Virus record (IMG/VR): IMGVR_UViG_3300019458_000024
Coordinates: 18,209-82,208 of that record
Direction: 5' to 3' (one strand)
Source of the DNA: a virus
DNA: 64,000 nt
Each line of letters starts with the position of its first letter. The first letter of the stretch is position 1. The translations under genes were made by a program, and so were the position numbers. A model generated the notes under the pieces. The model was not told where the DNA came from. It worked only from the letters and a program-made list of their open reading frames with translations, and did not search any database. Of this stretch, positions 46,553 through 56,011 are shown piece after piece.

Positions 46553-47371
46553 TCAGCTCCCTGCCCTGTTCCACAATCGTTTGAAAAACCCTCTGGTATC
46601 TTCTCTAGCTACTGTGGGTTCTTCGCGCATTTTTGGTCTGTCATCCTTCAGTGTGAGGTTTTCCACTTCAGTCCTCTGTTGAGATGCAAAACTTATTCCA
46701 TATCTATTCATGAAATAGCGTTGTCTCATCCCTGTAGGTCCAAATCTGTTCTTTTTCATTTCGAAAAATTTGTCTCCTGTCTTAGTGGTAAACATGTGTC
46801 CATGTATGTCTACCATGTGTTTGAGTAGTGTGGGGCCTGCGGCCTGCCCACTTTTGGTGATGTGCCCAATAGCTATCACCAGCACATTCTGTTTATCAGC
46901 CAGTGTGGCCAATTTCGTGCCAATGGACTTGATTAGATTGGAACCTTTCAACTTTCCATCAGTCAGTGTTTGTAGGGAATCCTGTATGATTACGTCTACC
47001 TTGTTTTCCAGAGCGTAGGCAATCAAATCATCCACGCTCCCAAATTGGGAGACGCGGAATTCTGCGTTTAGTTTCATACGCTCTGCAGTCATTTTGACTA
47101 CATATACGTTTTGTTCTCCTGCATTGTACAGTACGTTTTTCCCTGCTCTGCGCTGTAGCGCGTCAGCTATCGTCATGACGAACGTTGACTTCCCGGCTCC
47201 AGGTTCTCCTGTTAGGAGCATTGAAGCGAATGGTGCCAATCCAGGCTGTTCAGCGCCACCGAATAGTCTGTCGATGACTGGTTCTCCTGTCTTGATTCGT
47301 TCATAATAGCGATCAGGCACTTCTATGTTATCTAGCGTCTGTACGTTGTTATTGCTGAATCCGAGATCCAT
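46553..47371 (-). CDS. RadA/Sms-like RecA-fold ATPase (ATPase domain only)
   Basis: TG....DRLFGG, GEPGAGKST, GE, DSLQT, IGHITKSG..AGP..L.HMVD, KNRFG. Confidence 0.88.
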   Translation of the reverse strand: MDLGFSNNNVQTLDNIEVPDRYYERIKTGEPVIDRLFGGAEQPGLAPFASMLLTGEPGAGKSTFVMTIADALQRRAGKNVLYNAGEQNVYVVKMTAERMKLNAEFRVSQFGSVDDLIAYALENKVDVIIQDSLQTLTDGKLKGSNLIKSIGTKLATLADKQNVLVIAIGHITKSGQAAGPTLLKHMVDIHGHMFTTKTGDKFFEMKKNRFGPTGMRQRYFMNRYGISFASQQRTEVENLTLKDDRPKMREEPTVAREDTRGFFKRLWNRAGS

Positions 47372-47626
47372 CTAACTCCATCCATTCTCGTACAGTGTTT
47401 TGGCTGAGTACGATCCATACACATCGGGGTATATCCTGATGTAGTCCAAATTGTTAAGCACAGCTTGCCTAGCAGTACAACACTCTACGTACAAGTATTC
47501 CTTTAGAGTAGAAAAGTAAAAATACCCCATTCCATTGATAGTTTTGAGTAATTGGCTAGCGGAATCTTTCCAATCCGTATTAGGCACAATCCTAAAAGAG
47601 TAACGATGCTCATCACGCGGTATCAA
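47372..47626 (-). CDS. hypothetical protein
   Basis: ORF in the leftward operon. Confidence 0.55.
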   Translation of the reverse strand: MIPRDEHRYSFRIVPNTDWKDSASQLLKTINGMGYFYFSTLKEYLYVECCTARQAVLNNLDYIRIYPDVYGSYSAKTLYENGWS

Positions 47627-47692
47627 CTCAAGATTGTGAAAATCTTAATGTCTCCTTAATTTTGGAGGTCAGGAATTTCCGGTTTTACGCCA

Positions 47693-48253
47693 CTATGCAC
47701 CGTGGGGAAGTTTTGGCGCATACGGTTGTGGCATAACATCCAACAGCCCGATGGAGCGTACTGAACCGATGGCATTGAGAGTACATCCTAGTTTTACGAG
47801 CACATCTGTGGGAATCACGTTCGCAGTCTTCATCGTGTTGAGATGCCAGTCAAAGAATTGTTCAAGCTCAGGAAACCACTTTGTGAGATCGTCACGTATC
47901 TGACCGCATGAGTGGGCACACAACACTATGTTACCTACTTCTCCCACAACATCCAACCCGTGGTATTCCCCGTCTTGTTCGACCACATATCGGGCAGCTC
48001 CCTTAGATGTGCGATAATTAGTGCCACATCTCTCGTTCATTTCGCGTATAGCGTCGCCTTCATCAAAGTAAGACTCCAAAAATCGCTTGGCCTCCCATCT
48101 TGCCTGACGTTTTGTGCAAACATCTCCTGCCGTCCCACATATAGACAATTCCCATACAGTGTTTCCGTCTTTCGCACGTTCACGCAGCTCTACCTCTGCG
48201 ATGCAAAATTCGTTCCCATTGTGCCTCAATGCCTCATACTTCAGTGACTTCAT
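47693..48253 (-). CDS. hypothetical protein
   Basis: ELSI.G...CGQI...WHLN.M motif. Confidence 0.65.
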   Translation of the reverse strand: MKSLKYEALRHNGNEFCIAEVELRERAKDGNTVWELSICGTAGDVCTKRQARWEAKRFLESYFDEGDAIREMNERCGTNYRTSKGAARYVVEQDGEYHGLDVVGEVGNIVLCAHSCGQIRDDLTKWFPELEQFFDWHLNTMKTANVIPTDVLVKLGCTLNAIGSVRSIGLLDVMPQPYAPKLPHGA

Positions 48254-48304
48254 GACAATTTCTTACCTTTCGCTAGCATGTGGTTGAGTATCAGATAGGT
48301 TTCC

Positions 48305-48466
48305 CTATTCCGTCTTGTCGCCTTCTATTTCTACAATTGAGTAATCACAGTCAACTAACTCCCAGCTATCCATGTCAGAATTCTCCGCTAACTCTACTGC
48401 CTCATCTTCATCTCGCGCCTCAATGTCAGTTGTGTACGTACAAATTTGTGTGAATTTAAACTTCAT
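48305..48466 (-). CDS. small acidic protein (53 aa, below the ORF track cutoff)
   Basis: Manual translation MKFKFTQICTYTTDIEARDEDEAVELA..., with an AAAGGTG RBS. Confidence 0.6.
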   Translation of the reverse strand: MKFKFTQICTYTTDIEARDEDEAVELAENSDMDSWELVDCDYSIVEIEGDKTE

Positions 48467-48874
48467 GACAATTTCTCACCTTTCCCTTCTTTTGCATACG
48501 ATCGCTTACCTTTTGCGCGATCATAGCGATCCCGCCAGTCTTACTGGTAAGTTTTTTCCAGCTATTAGGGATCGTTACGGGTGTACCGTTTACTTGGACG
48601 TACACGTCAATCGCGGTCTGAATCGTAACTAACCCACACTCCAGCTGATACTCGTACTTGTAAGATTCGACTACAACTTTCATTACATTTGCTCCTAAAA
48701 GTATCCTACAAACTCACCATTCTCATCATGTGCGACAAGGTGGCAATAGTCACCAGGGAAACCGGCAACGTGGTATGTCCACCCACCAGTCTCGTCCGCA
48801 TTCATTTTTCGTGCCAATTCTTTGGCTGCCCACTTAAGGAACAGTGTGGGTGTAAGATCGAGTCGTTTTTGCAT

Positions 48875-49153
48875 CTACTTACCCCCCACTAAATCTGCAC
48901 ATGCGTTGTATGCGCAGCTAAACACACTTCTGCCCATAGAGAGGTCAGATTCGCACCTTGTGAGAGATGCAATCTTACTCGCCCACAACACTGCCACCGG
49001 ATGTGTGTTTCGTTCAGCCGAACTACTCACATGCTCGCACAAAGATTCCATTGCGCGCGCAAATCCATACACTACTCCACTAAGGTTGCACGCGTCTTGC
49101 ACGTCGATCGCGTCTTGCGCCAGTTGTTTCAATGATTTAGCTTCTTTTTCCAT
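48875..49153 (-). CDS. hypothetical protein
   Basis: LA..A..VQDACNLSGV...NTHP. Confidence 0.65.
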   Translation of the reverse strand: MEKEAKSLKQLAQDAIDVQDACNLSGVVYGFARAMESLCEHVSSSAERNTHPVAVLWASKIASLTRCESDLSMGRSVFSCAYNACADLVGGK

Positions 49154-49181
49154 GATTTCCCTTCACTTTCAGTGTTACATT

Positions 49182-49532
49182 CTAGTACTTCAAACCGTAT
49201 TCAGTCGCAATCCGCGCTAGATTGATCTCGTCTAAAGGTCCGCAATCATCTCCCCACGTGTCATGTGCGGTTTGCAGAGCGTAGGCTAACTCACGTTGCT
49301 GACTCTCGATGCCAGCTGCTGACAGGATCTCTTGATCCCAGCCCCTAACCACCGATCTGCTAGCTTTACCCTCCCACCTCGGATCATACCTGTCATCGGG
49401 AATCAAGCAACCTATCGCACATCGTAGGCCATCCTCGGTACGATACATACACGCGCCATGTTCGTCGGTAGCTGGAGTGCCTTGTATACGCAAATGTGAG
49501 ACAACTCGGTCAAATAGCTCTTGATTCGTCAT
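49182..49532 (-). CDS. phage hypothetical protein
   Basis: MTNQELFD..HL..QG..CMYR...CAIGCLI..LQ.AHD, with a GGGG RBS. Confidence 0.7.
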   Translation of the reverse strand: MTNQELFDRVVSHLRIQGTPATDEHGACMYRTEDGLRCAIGCLIPDDRYDPRWEGKASRSVVRGWDQEILSAAGIESQQRELAYALQTAHDTWGDDCGPLDEINLARIATEYGLKY

Positions 49533-49546
49533 GTTAACATCCCCCC

Positions 49547-49738
49547 TTACTTGCAGTATTTTTGAACACATTGGATTACAGCTTGTTCCAGATCCACGCC
49601 GGAAGTGTATGCAACTCTCGCATCGTTAAACAGTTTTCCGATGTCTAGGACGCTGATTTGCTTGCGATCTCCGTGCGTTCTATAAAGATCGCTGATTCTC
49701 TCATCTAACTCTTTAGTCTGTTTTTTGGTTAGCTTCAT
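49547..49738 (-). CDS. hypothetical protein, first gene of the leftward operon
   Basis: 63 aa ORF. Confidence 0.6.
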   Translation of the reverse strand: MKLTKKQTKELDERISDLYRTHGDRKQISVLDIGKLFNDARVAYTSGVDLEQAVIQCVQKYCK

Positions 49739-49773
49739 AGTTTCACTGCTAGCACACTTTTCGTGCCAACGAC

Positions 49774-49958
49774 TAAGCAGTTGAATTTGCTGTGTAAGTA
49801 TTTATCGCATGACTAGCAATTGCCAGTGGGATAATAGCTAAGTTATTGAAATCCCGTTTTTGACTGGAAATTAGCTGCCATCTGCATTTCTGTAACTCAC
49901 TGAAACTTCGTTCCCGGCCTGGAAACTACTCGCCACTCGCGAGGTTAACTAATTGAAA
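49774..49958. promoter_or_regulatory. phased array of palindromic boxes and IHF-like boxes in the divergent intergenic region
   Basis: Palindrome-like 16-mers at 49810, 49865 and 49920 (55-bp period). TAA-N4-YTGAAW boxes at 49774, 49839, 49893 and 49946. Confidence 0.65.
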
Positions 49959-49995
49959 CTGCTTACTGACACAGTAAATGCTTTAACGTCCTAAC

Positions 49996-50310
49996 ATGAC
50001 GAACCAAATTGATTCTGATCTGCTAGATGCACCTACAGTGGAAATTGACGCTGAAGAGTTGGAACGACTCTTGCAAGAGTGTGATCTCCGCAATATGACT
50101 GACGAATTCGCCCGAGCAGTTATTCGCAGTTTAGCGTTTAGTGATTACCATAGGGCACAATGTGAGGAAGAGTGGCCTAACGAAGCTATTGTGCGCTGGT
50201 ATGTGGAATCAAACGACATGGAAGTTCAAACCGCCATCGACTTACTTGGGAGACAAGAAGCGCTGGTTGAGTACGTGTTCGCTACACGCAACTATGAAGT
50301 TAGCCTGTAG
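49996..50310 (+). CDS. acidic hypothetical protein
   Basis: First rightward ORF after the divergence. Confidence 0.6.
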   Translation: MTNQIDSDLLDAPTVEIDAEELERLLQECDLRNMTDEFARAVIRSLAFSDYHRAQCEEEWPNEAIVRWYVESNDMEVQTAIDLLGRQEALVEYVFATRNYEVSL

Positions 50311-50866
50311 CATACAAAGGAAGAGAAGGTAAGAATATGTGGGAGAAACATGTAGTTTTAGCTCAGACGCAGTATGCAGACACTTACAAAGTATGGAATA
50401 CGGCTACTGGCGCGTGTGTCGCTATCCTCACAGGTAGGCGAGCAGCAGATATGCTTATACAAGCACTTATATCCAATGGCGGGGATTCCTATGCCCTAAC
50501 CGGGGGAAATGTGTGTTCCTGTCCAGAAGAAGAAGATGTGTAATATGCAAGAATACAAAAAACTATCAATCATTTCGTACGAGCGCTTTTCAGGTACAAC
50601 TGCTACGCTCAACTACACTAACCATTCAGACGTACACTATCGCCAATACTACGATATATACAGTAAAATGGTTACATCCCGTAAGTATGATTATGTGGGT
50701 TTTTATGGGATAACCGACATTGGCGAAGTTGTGCGACTTAGTTGCTCAATGTAAGTGACAACTAATCGCCAGTATGGCATATAACGATCCTAGCAATAAT
50801 GAGCAGTTAGATACTGAGAGTGGAAATTAATTGCCAGTACACTTTCCAAGTATGTGAAATCTCAAT

Positions 50867-50881
50867 TGGCACATCTCTTGC
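50867..50881 (+). promoter_or_regulatory. sigma54 (-24/-12) promoter
   Basis: TGGCACA-TCTC-TTGC; the ATG follows 13 nt later (50895). Confidence 0.75.
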
Positions 50882-50894
50882 CTATAACACTTGT

Positions 50895-51266
50895 ATGCAA
50901 ACCACGAAAAACACCAATGTAAGATTCTGGCAGTGGCATAACGACGGGTGGGTAAAGCTCACACTGCGACCTGGACAGGAACTGTCCCACACTGTAAGTG
51001 GCGGTACGGAAGAGGGATACCGCTCCGAATGGACTACATGGTCCTACGATGGTGACCAAGGTGTGGTTTATCTTATAGAGTCGTCGCGTGAGCGTGACTG
51101 TGATGGTTTGTATGACAGTCACGCAGAATATGCGTGTAATGTTACAGATGTAGCCAAATGGGAGTCGGCTGTGTTCGATCCTAACGAAGAAACCCACAAA
51201 ACACCTGTATGGCAGCGGTTCGAGTGTGGTCAACGTGATTACACTGCCGAGTCAATGAACTACTAA
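50895..51266 (+). CDS. hypothetical protein
   Basis: WVKLTLRPGQ...TEEG...RDCDG...QRDY.AE.M.Y. Confidence 0.7.
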   Translation: MQTTKNTNVRFWQWHNDGWVKLTLRPGQELSHTVSGGTEEGYRSEWTTWSYDGDQGVVYLIESSRERDCDGLYDSHAEYACNVTDVAKWESAVFDPNEETHKTPVWQRFECGQRDYTAESMNY

Positions 51267-51308
51267 TACCTACATAAGGAGAGAATGTATGTCAAAAGCG
51301 GCTAATGT

Positions 51309-51569
51309 ATGTCAAAAGCGGCTAATGAAGTTGTGAGTGCGTTTTCACGTCACGAAGCGAAGTCAGGTGCGACAATATGGACTGATGGCCACACATTGTA
51401 CTCTTATCAGATGCCAATTGCCCGACATGACGGAGATGGTATTCTCATCGTGAACAAGGGACCTACAGTAACTACATCTAAACACATTAACATTGCTAAA
51501 CGTACACTTCCCGTCAATGCGCTCATTCACGTACACAATCTTCCAACTCGTGTATGTAAATGTAAGTGA
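51309..51569 (+). CDS. hypothetical protein
   Basis: LYSY..PIA...TTSKH. Confidence 0.6.
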   Translation: MSKAANEVVSAFSRHEAKSGATIWTDGHTLYSYQMPIARHDGDGILIVNKGPTVTTSKHINIAKRTLPVNALIHVHNLPTRVCKCK

Positions 51570-51584
51570 CTAAGGAGAATTATC

Positions 51585-51932
51585 ATGACAAGAGGACAGT
51601 CATCAGACAATATGCTACACGCGATGGCCGATGTGTTGAATTCAGGGAACTATAAACTACCTTCGCGGTTTCTATCCGACCTTATGTGGGATGCTGTGAG
51701 TGTGTATAAGTCTCCAGAACCTTTTGTATGGATGCTGCGTGAATGTGGCACTCAAATCTGCAGAGACACATACATGATGGACTCATGTGTAGACACATGG
51801 CCAGATTACCTACATCTGTTCTGGGTGTCTGATATAGGAGAATTCCCACATAAAGGTACGTGTAGGGAAATTAGTGTCAATGAAGCTAGAGCACTTCTGA
51901 AAGACCGCATGGGGCAAAATGACCCAGCTTAA
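51585..51932 (+). CDS. hypothetical protein
   Basis: AAGGAG RBS; F.W.LRECGT. Confidence 0.65.
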   Translation: MTRGQSSDNMLHAMADVLNSGNYKLPSRFLSDLMWDAVSVYKSPEPFVWMLRECGTQICRDTYMMDSCVDTWPDYLHLFWVSDIGEFPHKGTCREISVNEARALLKDRMGQNDPA

Positions 51933-52021
51933 ATGATTGAATCTATTAGACTGTATAAATCCTGGACAGTAAGAAATTACCTATATCTAGTGATTTCGAT
52001 AACTTAGCAGACGCTTATCTT

Positions 52022-52036
52022 TGGCATGAGACTTGC
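52022..52036 (+). promoter_or_regulatory. sigma54 (-24/-12) promoter
   Basis: TGGCATG-AGAC-TTGC, with an IHF-like TTTCGATAACTTA just upstream. Confidence 0.75.
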
Positions 52037-52084
52037 TGTTATTTCCTAGTGTGTCAGCCACACATTGCAGGAGAAGGTAAAACA

Positions 52085-52828
52085 ATGGCGATTTTTGTAA
52101 GCAGAACTAAGGAAGAGTATGAAGCAGACCCACAGAATATCCGTATGGTTACTTCATACGACACAGATAGGATACATCACTACTGGTGCTGTGTAAGTGG
52201 TACCCGACCTGACGGTGCCTTTGGTCAGACGGAACCACATTGCCCACACTATAACGATCCGACCTACACTATGTCTAAAGGCCCACAATGTGGTGAAAAG
52301 TGTTATGCAGAACCACCCAAGTACCTAATGACCACCTATGTAGGCAAATGTCTGTTCGAGAGGGAAGAGAACGGATACCACGACTCATATTTTTATATGA
52401 CAGTGTGGGACGAAGACACACAGTCACCAAAAGAGGTATGTTTTGGTGCGACAGCATATGGCGGGTGGGTAAATCCTACTACAGATGCCACCGATGAGGT
52501 TAAAGCTAAGTATGAAGCCTACATTACGGAAAAAAGGCGACAATATGATGCGATGGAAGCTTTAAGGCGAGCCAAGACCCCGGAGAAGGGAAAGGTATGC
52601 AAAGTAGTCAAAGGTCGTAAGGTTCCTATAGGTACGATCGGCGTGGTGTTCTGGTTTGGTCCAGAGCGTTACTCTAACGGGCGCAAGGTCGGCCTGGTGG
52701 ACTCGCAAGGCGTTGCTCACTGGACATACGAGGGTAATTTGGAAGCCGTCCTAGAGCACGGTAACGCGTTACAGGGCACGTTACAGAGGAACGGAAAAAC
52801 CTACATCTGGGCAGATGCCCCTAAATAA
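52085..52828 (+). CDS. hypothetical protein with a C-terminal SH3/KOW-like region
   Basis: NGYHDS.FY, V.GRKVP.GT.G.V.W. ATG 52085 has an RBS. Confidence 0.65.
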   Translation: MAIFVSRTKEEYEADPQNIRMVTSYDTDRIHHYWCCVSGTRPDGAFGQTEPHCPHYNDPTYTMSKGPQCGEKCYAEPPKYLMTTYVGKCLFEREENGYHDSYFYMTVWDEDTQSPKEVCFGATAYGGWVNPTTDATDEVKAKYEAYITEKRRQYDAMEALRRAKTPEKGKVCKVVKGRKVPIGTIGVVFWFGPERYSNGRKVGLVDSQGVAHWTYEGNLEAVLEHGNALQGTLQRNGKTYIWADAPK

Positions 52829-53148
52829 GGAGAAATGTATGTATATCAGCCACGGCAGACCTATCCCACAAAAACGCATAAAGTTCCCAGGTGCCACACA
52901 TGAACGTGTCTTGCGCGCACTAGAGTCGTTTCGCGCACTATGGCGACGAACACCTACATCTAGGCAACTGGACCTACAGATATACGAACAGATTCAGTTA
53001 ACTTACAAGCAATTACAAGAAGGTAAAGTAAGCACAGCTGATGACACTGTATACGATATAGTTATTTTACTTACAGATGCGACAATGTAAAGCATTGTAA
53101 AAAACTGTAAAGCATTGTAAAAAAAACACTCACATTAAGGAACAATGT

Positions 53149-53433
53149 ATGGAAATTACTACAGTAATCTACCGTGTGTTCAAACAAGGAGACGTAATCG
53201 CACTATTCCCTACACTCCCAGGTACGGCGGATTGTCTTACATGTATGTCTTATATGCATGTAGGTCAACATGGGGCAGCAGACCCCTATGGACTCATAAG
53301 TCACACACGACTGGCCGCTCCTGAGGAATACAAAAACCTACATAGGGAATTGGAGTACATAGGGTACAAGCTGAATGTAAGTAAAAAGATCACATGCGCT
53401 ATGCACAATAAACGCATGTTAACCTACAAATAA
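53149..53433 (+). CDS. hypothetical protein
   Basis: IALFP...SYMHVGQHG.A...EY..L..EL..IGY. Confidence 0.7.
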   Translation: MEITTVIYRVFKQGDVIALFPTLPGTADCLTCMSYMHVGQHGAADPYGLISHTRLAAPEEYKNLHRELEYIGYKLNVSKKITCAMHNKRMLTYK

Positions 53434-53565
53434 CTACATGGCAGGATCTTGCCAGTAGTGGCAATTAACGATCTCAATAATTATCAACACTTACCAGGGA
53501 CCCCTGGCAAGGCACATCCACCCACATCTCCATACGATCATCAATGATTTCAGTGTCTTGCAAGA

Positions 53566-53580
53566 TGGCATAAGACTTGC
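53566..53580 (+). promoter_or_regulatory. sigma54 (-24/-12) promoter
   Basis: TGGCATA-AGAC-TTGC; the ATG follows 13 nt later (53594). Confidence 0.75.
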
Positions 53581-53593
53581 TTTTTATAAGTGT

Positions 53594-53773
53594 ATGACAT
53601 ACGACGAAAAACACAATTTTCTGAATAAGTTGAGTGATTTCTACTGCTTAGCAGTGAACCTACGTGCAGCCACTACCACAGAAGAGAAAATGTCGGTTAT
53701 GGACGCCCTGTTCGCGCTACGTAGGGACCTTGGTGACCTAATTCTCGCCACAGAAACTACACCAGACCTGTAA
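53594..53773 (+). CDS. hypothetical protein
   Basis: Reads MTYDEK... from ATG 53594. Confidence 0.55.
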   Translation: MTYDEKHNFLNKLSDFYCLAVNLRAATTTEEKMSVMDALFALRRDLGDLILATETTPDL

Positions 53774-53795
53774 AGAGTACAGAAGGAGTAAATGT

Positions 53796-54152
53796 ATGAA
53801 AATTCATGATAAATACGTTGATATGTTCACAGAAGCCTACCTTGAAGCCGCTTTCTGGACAGAGGAGCAGGAAATAGGTTCAGAACCTACATTCTTTGAC
53901 ATTGACCCACATGCACTTACAAAGGTGCTTAAAGATTGCGCTGATTTTCAAGAACAGAACGCGCAACTCCTTGAAAACCTTGATGATTCTCAGTGTGGGC
54001 ACGATTTTTTGTTAACCCGCAATGGCCACGGTGTAGGTTTCCAGGACCGAGGGTATCCAAAGGTAGTTGCAAACGCACTCTCAGCTAGTTGTGATACCTT
54101 TGGTGAAGTGTGGGTAGAACTAGGGGATGATGGCAAAGTGTACGGTTTCTGA
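53796..54152 (+). CDS. phage hypothetical protein
   Basis: AY.EAA.W...C.DF...GHDFLLTRNGHG.GF.DR. Confidence 0.7.
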   Translation: MKIHDKYVDMFTEAYLEAAFWTEEQEIGSEPTFFDIDPHALTKVLKDCADFQEQNAQLLENLDDSQCGHDFLLTRNGHGVGFQDRGYPKVVANALSASCDTFGEVWVELGDDGKVYGF

Positions 54153-55818
54153 GGAAAACTGATTAAATAACCTACAGAATCTCTCTTATCTAACTAGCAC
54201 CTACATAACCTGTGGGTGTATTTTTTTGCCTACATAATGTAAGTAAATACTTACAAATCTGTATAGTAGGCGATATATCACCTACAAGACACATAATTAA
54301 TGAAGTATACTACATGTCATACTATATCCTATCTATATGTAATTACACACAAATACACACATTAACCTCAATTGTAATCAAAACATTACAATTTAATTAC
54401 AAGTTAATACATTGGATTACAAGAGATGACAAGAACTCTTCAAAAACCACAGGGAGGATTTCTGAGCATATGTAAACCAAAGGTGGACATGTAAGCTTCA
54501 AAGAGTACAGTGTGAGCATCTTTAGTACATCAGGAGGTCAAATGCGACAATAGAGGAACTAGTGAGGTTATATAGGCAAAAGAGGACTCTGTGTGACCCT
54601 GTAAGGTAATAAGGAGGCTTTTGTAGATAACGAGAGGATACTGTGAGGCAATATAGGAACTAATACACACTGTAGGAACCTATAGGTTTATATAGTCAGA
54701 ACACCTACATGTAATATAGTCAGAACTATATATAGGTTTACATAGTCAGAACTACAGATATGTGGGTATATGTGGAGTCTAGGGTCTGTAGGCCCCATGA
54801 GGTCAATAGTTCCCACTACTTACATGTGGGATACGCCATATCGGTGGGACACCTACACACTAGGGTCAGTCCTCACCTGGTGACGACAGTCATCCCCACC
54901 TACATGTAGGGGGAACACTTAACCTCATGCCCAGGTCAGCTGACCCTATCTGTAGGACGCGATAGGCTTAAAATATGGCCTGAACCCACAATGTGGGTAT
55001 ATGTAACTATTGCTCATGATGTCCATTGGCCCCATTATAGCCTGGGACGCAATAGGATGCGATTTGCCGGCTTGCCTACACACCCCGGGTACTATAACAC
55101 TCTATTTTTTGGCCTTTAGGGGGAAATGTAGGTATTATACTACCTTGTAGGTAATGCAAGAGTCATGCCAACCTATATATGCCTACATGCCCCCGAGCCA
55201 TTGAATCACGGCTAGTATAGTGGCCATTATCTGGTGACAATCGATTCTGAGCATTTCTATTGCGTTCTGGCCTCGTATGAGATGTGTGGGGGTATGGAGT
55301 GACTGTGTCAAATATGACACGGCACGATTCTTGCCCATCGAAATAGGATGCGATGTGTTAAATCGACGCTAATGAGGCCGATACATGTGGGTGTATATCG
55401 CAGCCTCTCCCAAGGACCTTATATGTAGTTTGCTCTATAGCGCTATTAGCTGCCCTAGAATCGATTGACCCCATCGGTTGCTTGTATAACAAGGGGGACG
55501 GGAAGGGCCCAAAAAGTTGGGAGTGGTTTGATGTCCCACCCCCGGTTGAATGTAATGATTTTAGGCTAAAGCTTTACGACGGCGCATTGAGTGAGCTTTT
55601 TGTAGCGGATATTCACACTAGTAACACCTTGTGCGACAAGCTCCGACTTTGTAGCATATCCGCCACCGGACATGATGTCAACGCACTCGAAGTCTTTGCA
55701 ATGGATTGCCACCCTTTTTTGTATCTATGCGATATCATTGAGCAATTAATTGCCACCACATGGCAAGTAACTTACCAGTCTGCATGTAGGGAAAGACCAA
55801 AAATCAATAGGTTACGAA
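54153..55818. other. long non-coding region (candidate origin, genome end or ncRNA locus)
   Basis: No convincing ORF. It contains many CCTACA/TGTAGG/TGTGGG hexamers, three ATAGTCAGAAC repeats and sigma54 motifs. Confidence 0.6.
55156..55170 (-). promoter_or_regulatory. sigma54 promoter pointing into the non-coding block
   Basis: Minus strand TGGCATG-ACTC-TTGC. Confidence 0.65.
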
Positions 55819-55833
55819 TGGCATACGATGTGC
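55819..55833 (+). promoter_or_regulatory. sigma54 promoter with an adjacent consensus IHF site
   Basis: TGGCATA-CGAT-GTGC. AATCAATAGGTTA at 55802-55814 matches WATCAAN4TTR. The ATG follows 13 nt later. Confidence 0.7.
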
Positions 55834-55846
55834 ATTACCCTATACC

Positions 55847-56011
55847 ATGGAACACATCAACAAAGAATTGACCCTGGCCACCTGGATTGCTCCCTCCCTT
55901 AAAGCGGAGGACTTTACTCAAGCGCTTGAAATTGCAGAGCTTAATGAAGCTCTCAACACGGCGGAATGGATTGTCGGTGAGTATACGGTAAACACCTTGA
56001 ATGCCCTATAA
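55847..56011 (+). CDS. small protein (54 aa, below the ORF track cutoff)
   Basis: Manual translation MEHINKELTLATWIAPSLKAEDFTQALEIAELNEALNTAEWIVGEYTVNTLNAL*. Confidence 0.55.
   Translation: MEHINKELTLATWIAPSLKAEDFTQALEIAELNEALNTAEWIVGEYTVNTLNAL

Noticed and set aside
49774-49958. CRISPR-like array
   Set aside because: The 55-bp period is suggestive, but the repeats are short and degenerate and no cas genes are present.
54212-54475. 87-aa ORF in the non-coding block
   Set aside because: Atypical composition, no RBS, and it begins within a terminator-like T-run.
55482-55871. 129-aa TTG-start ORF
   Set aside because: It has no clear RBS and runs across the palindromes, the IHF site and the sigma54 promoter, so it is probably spurious.
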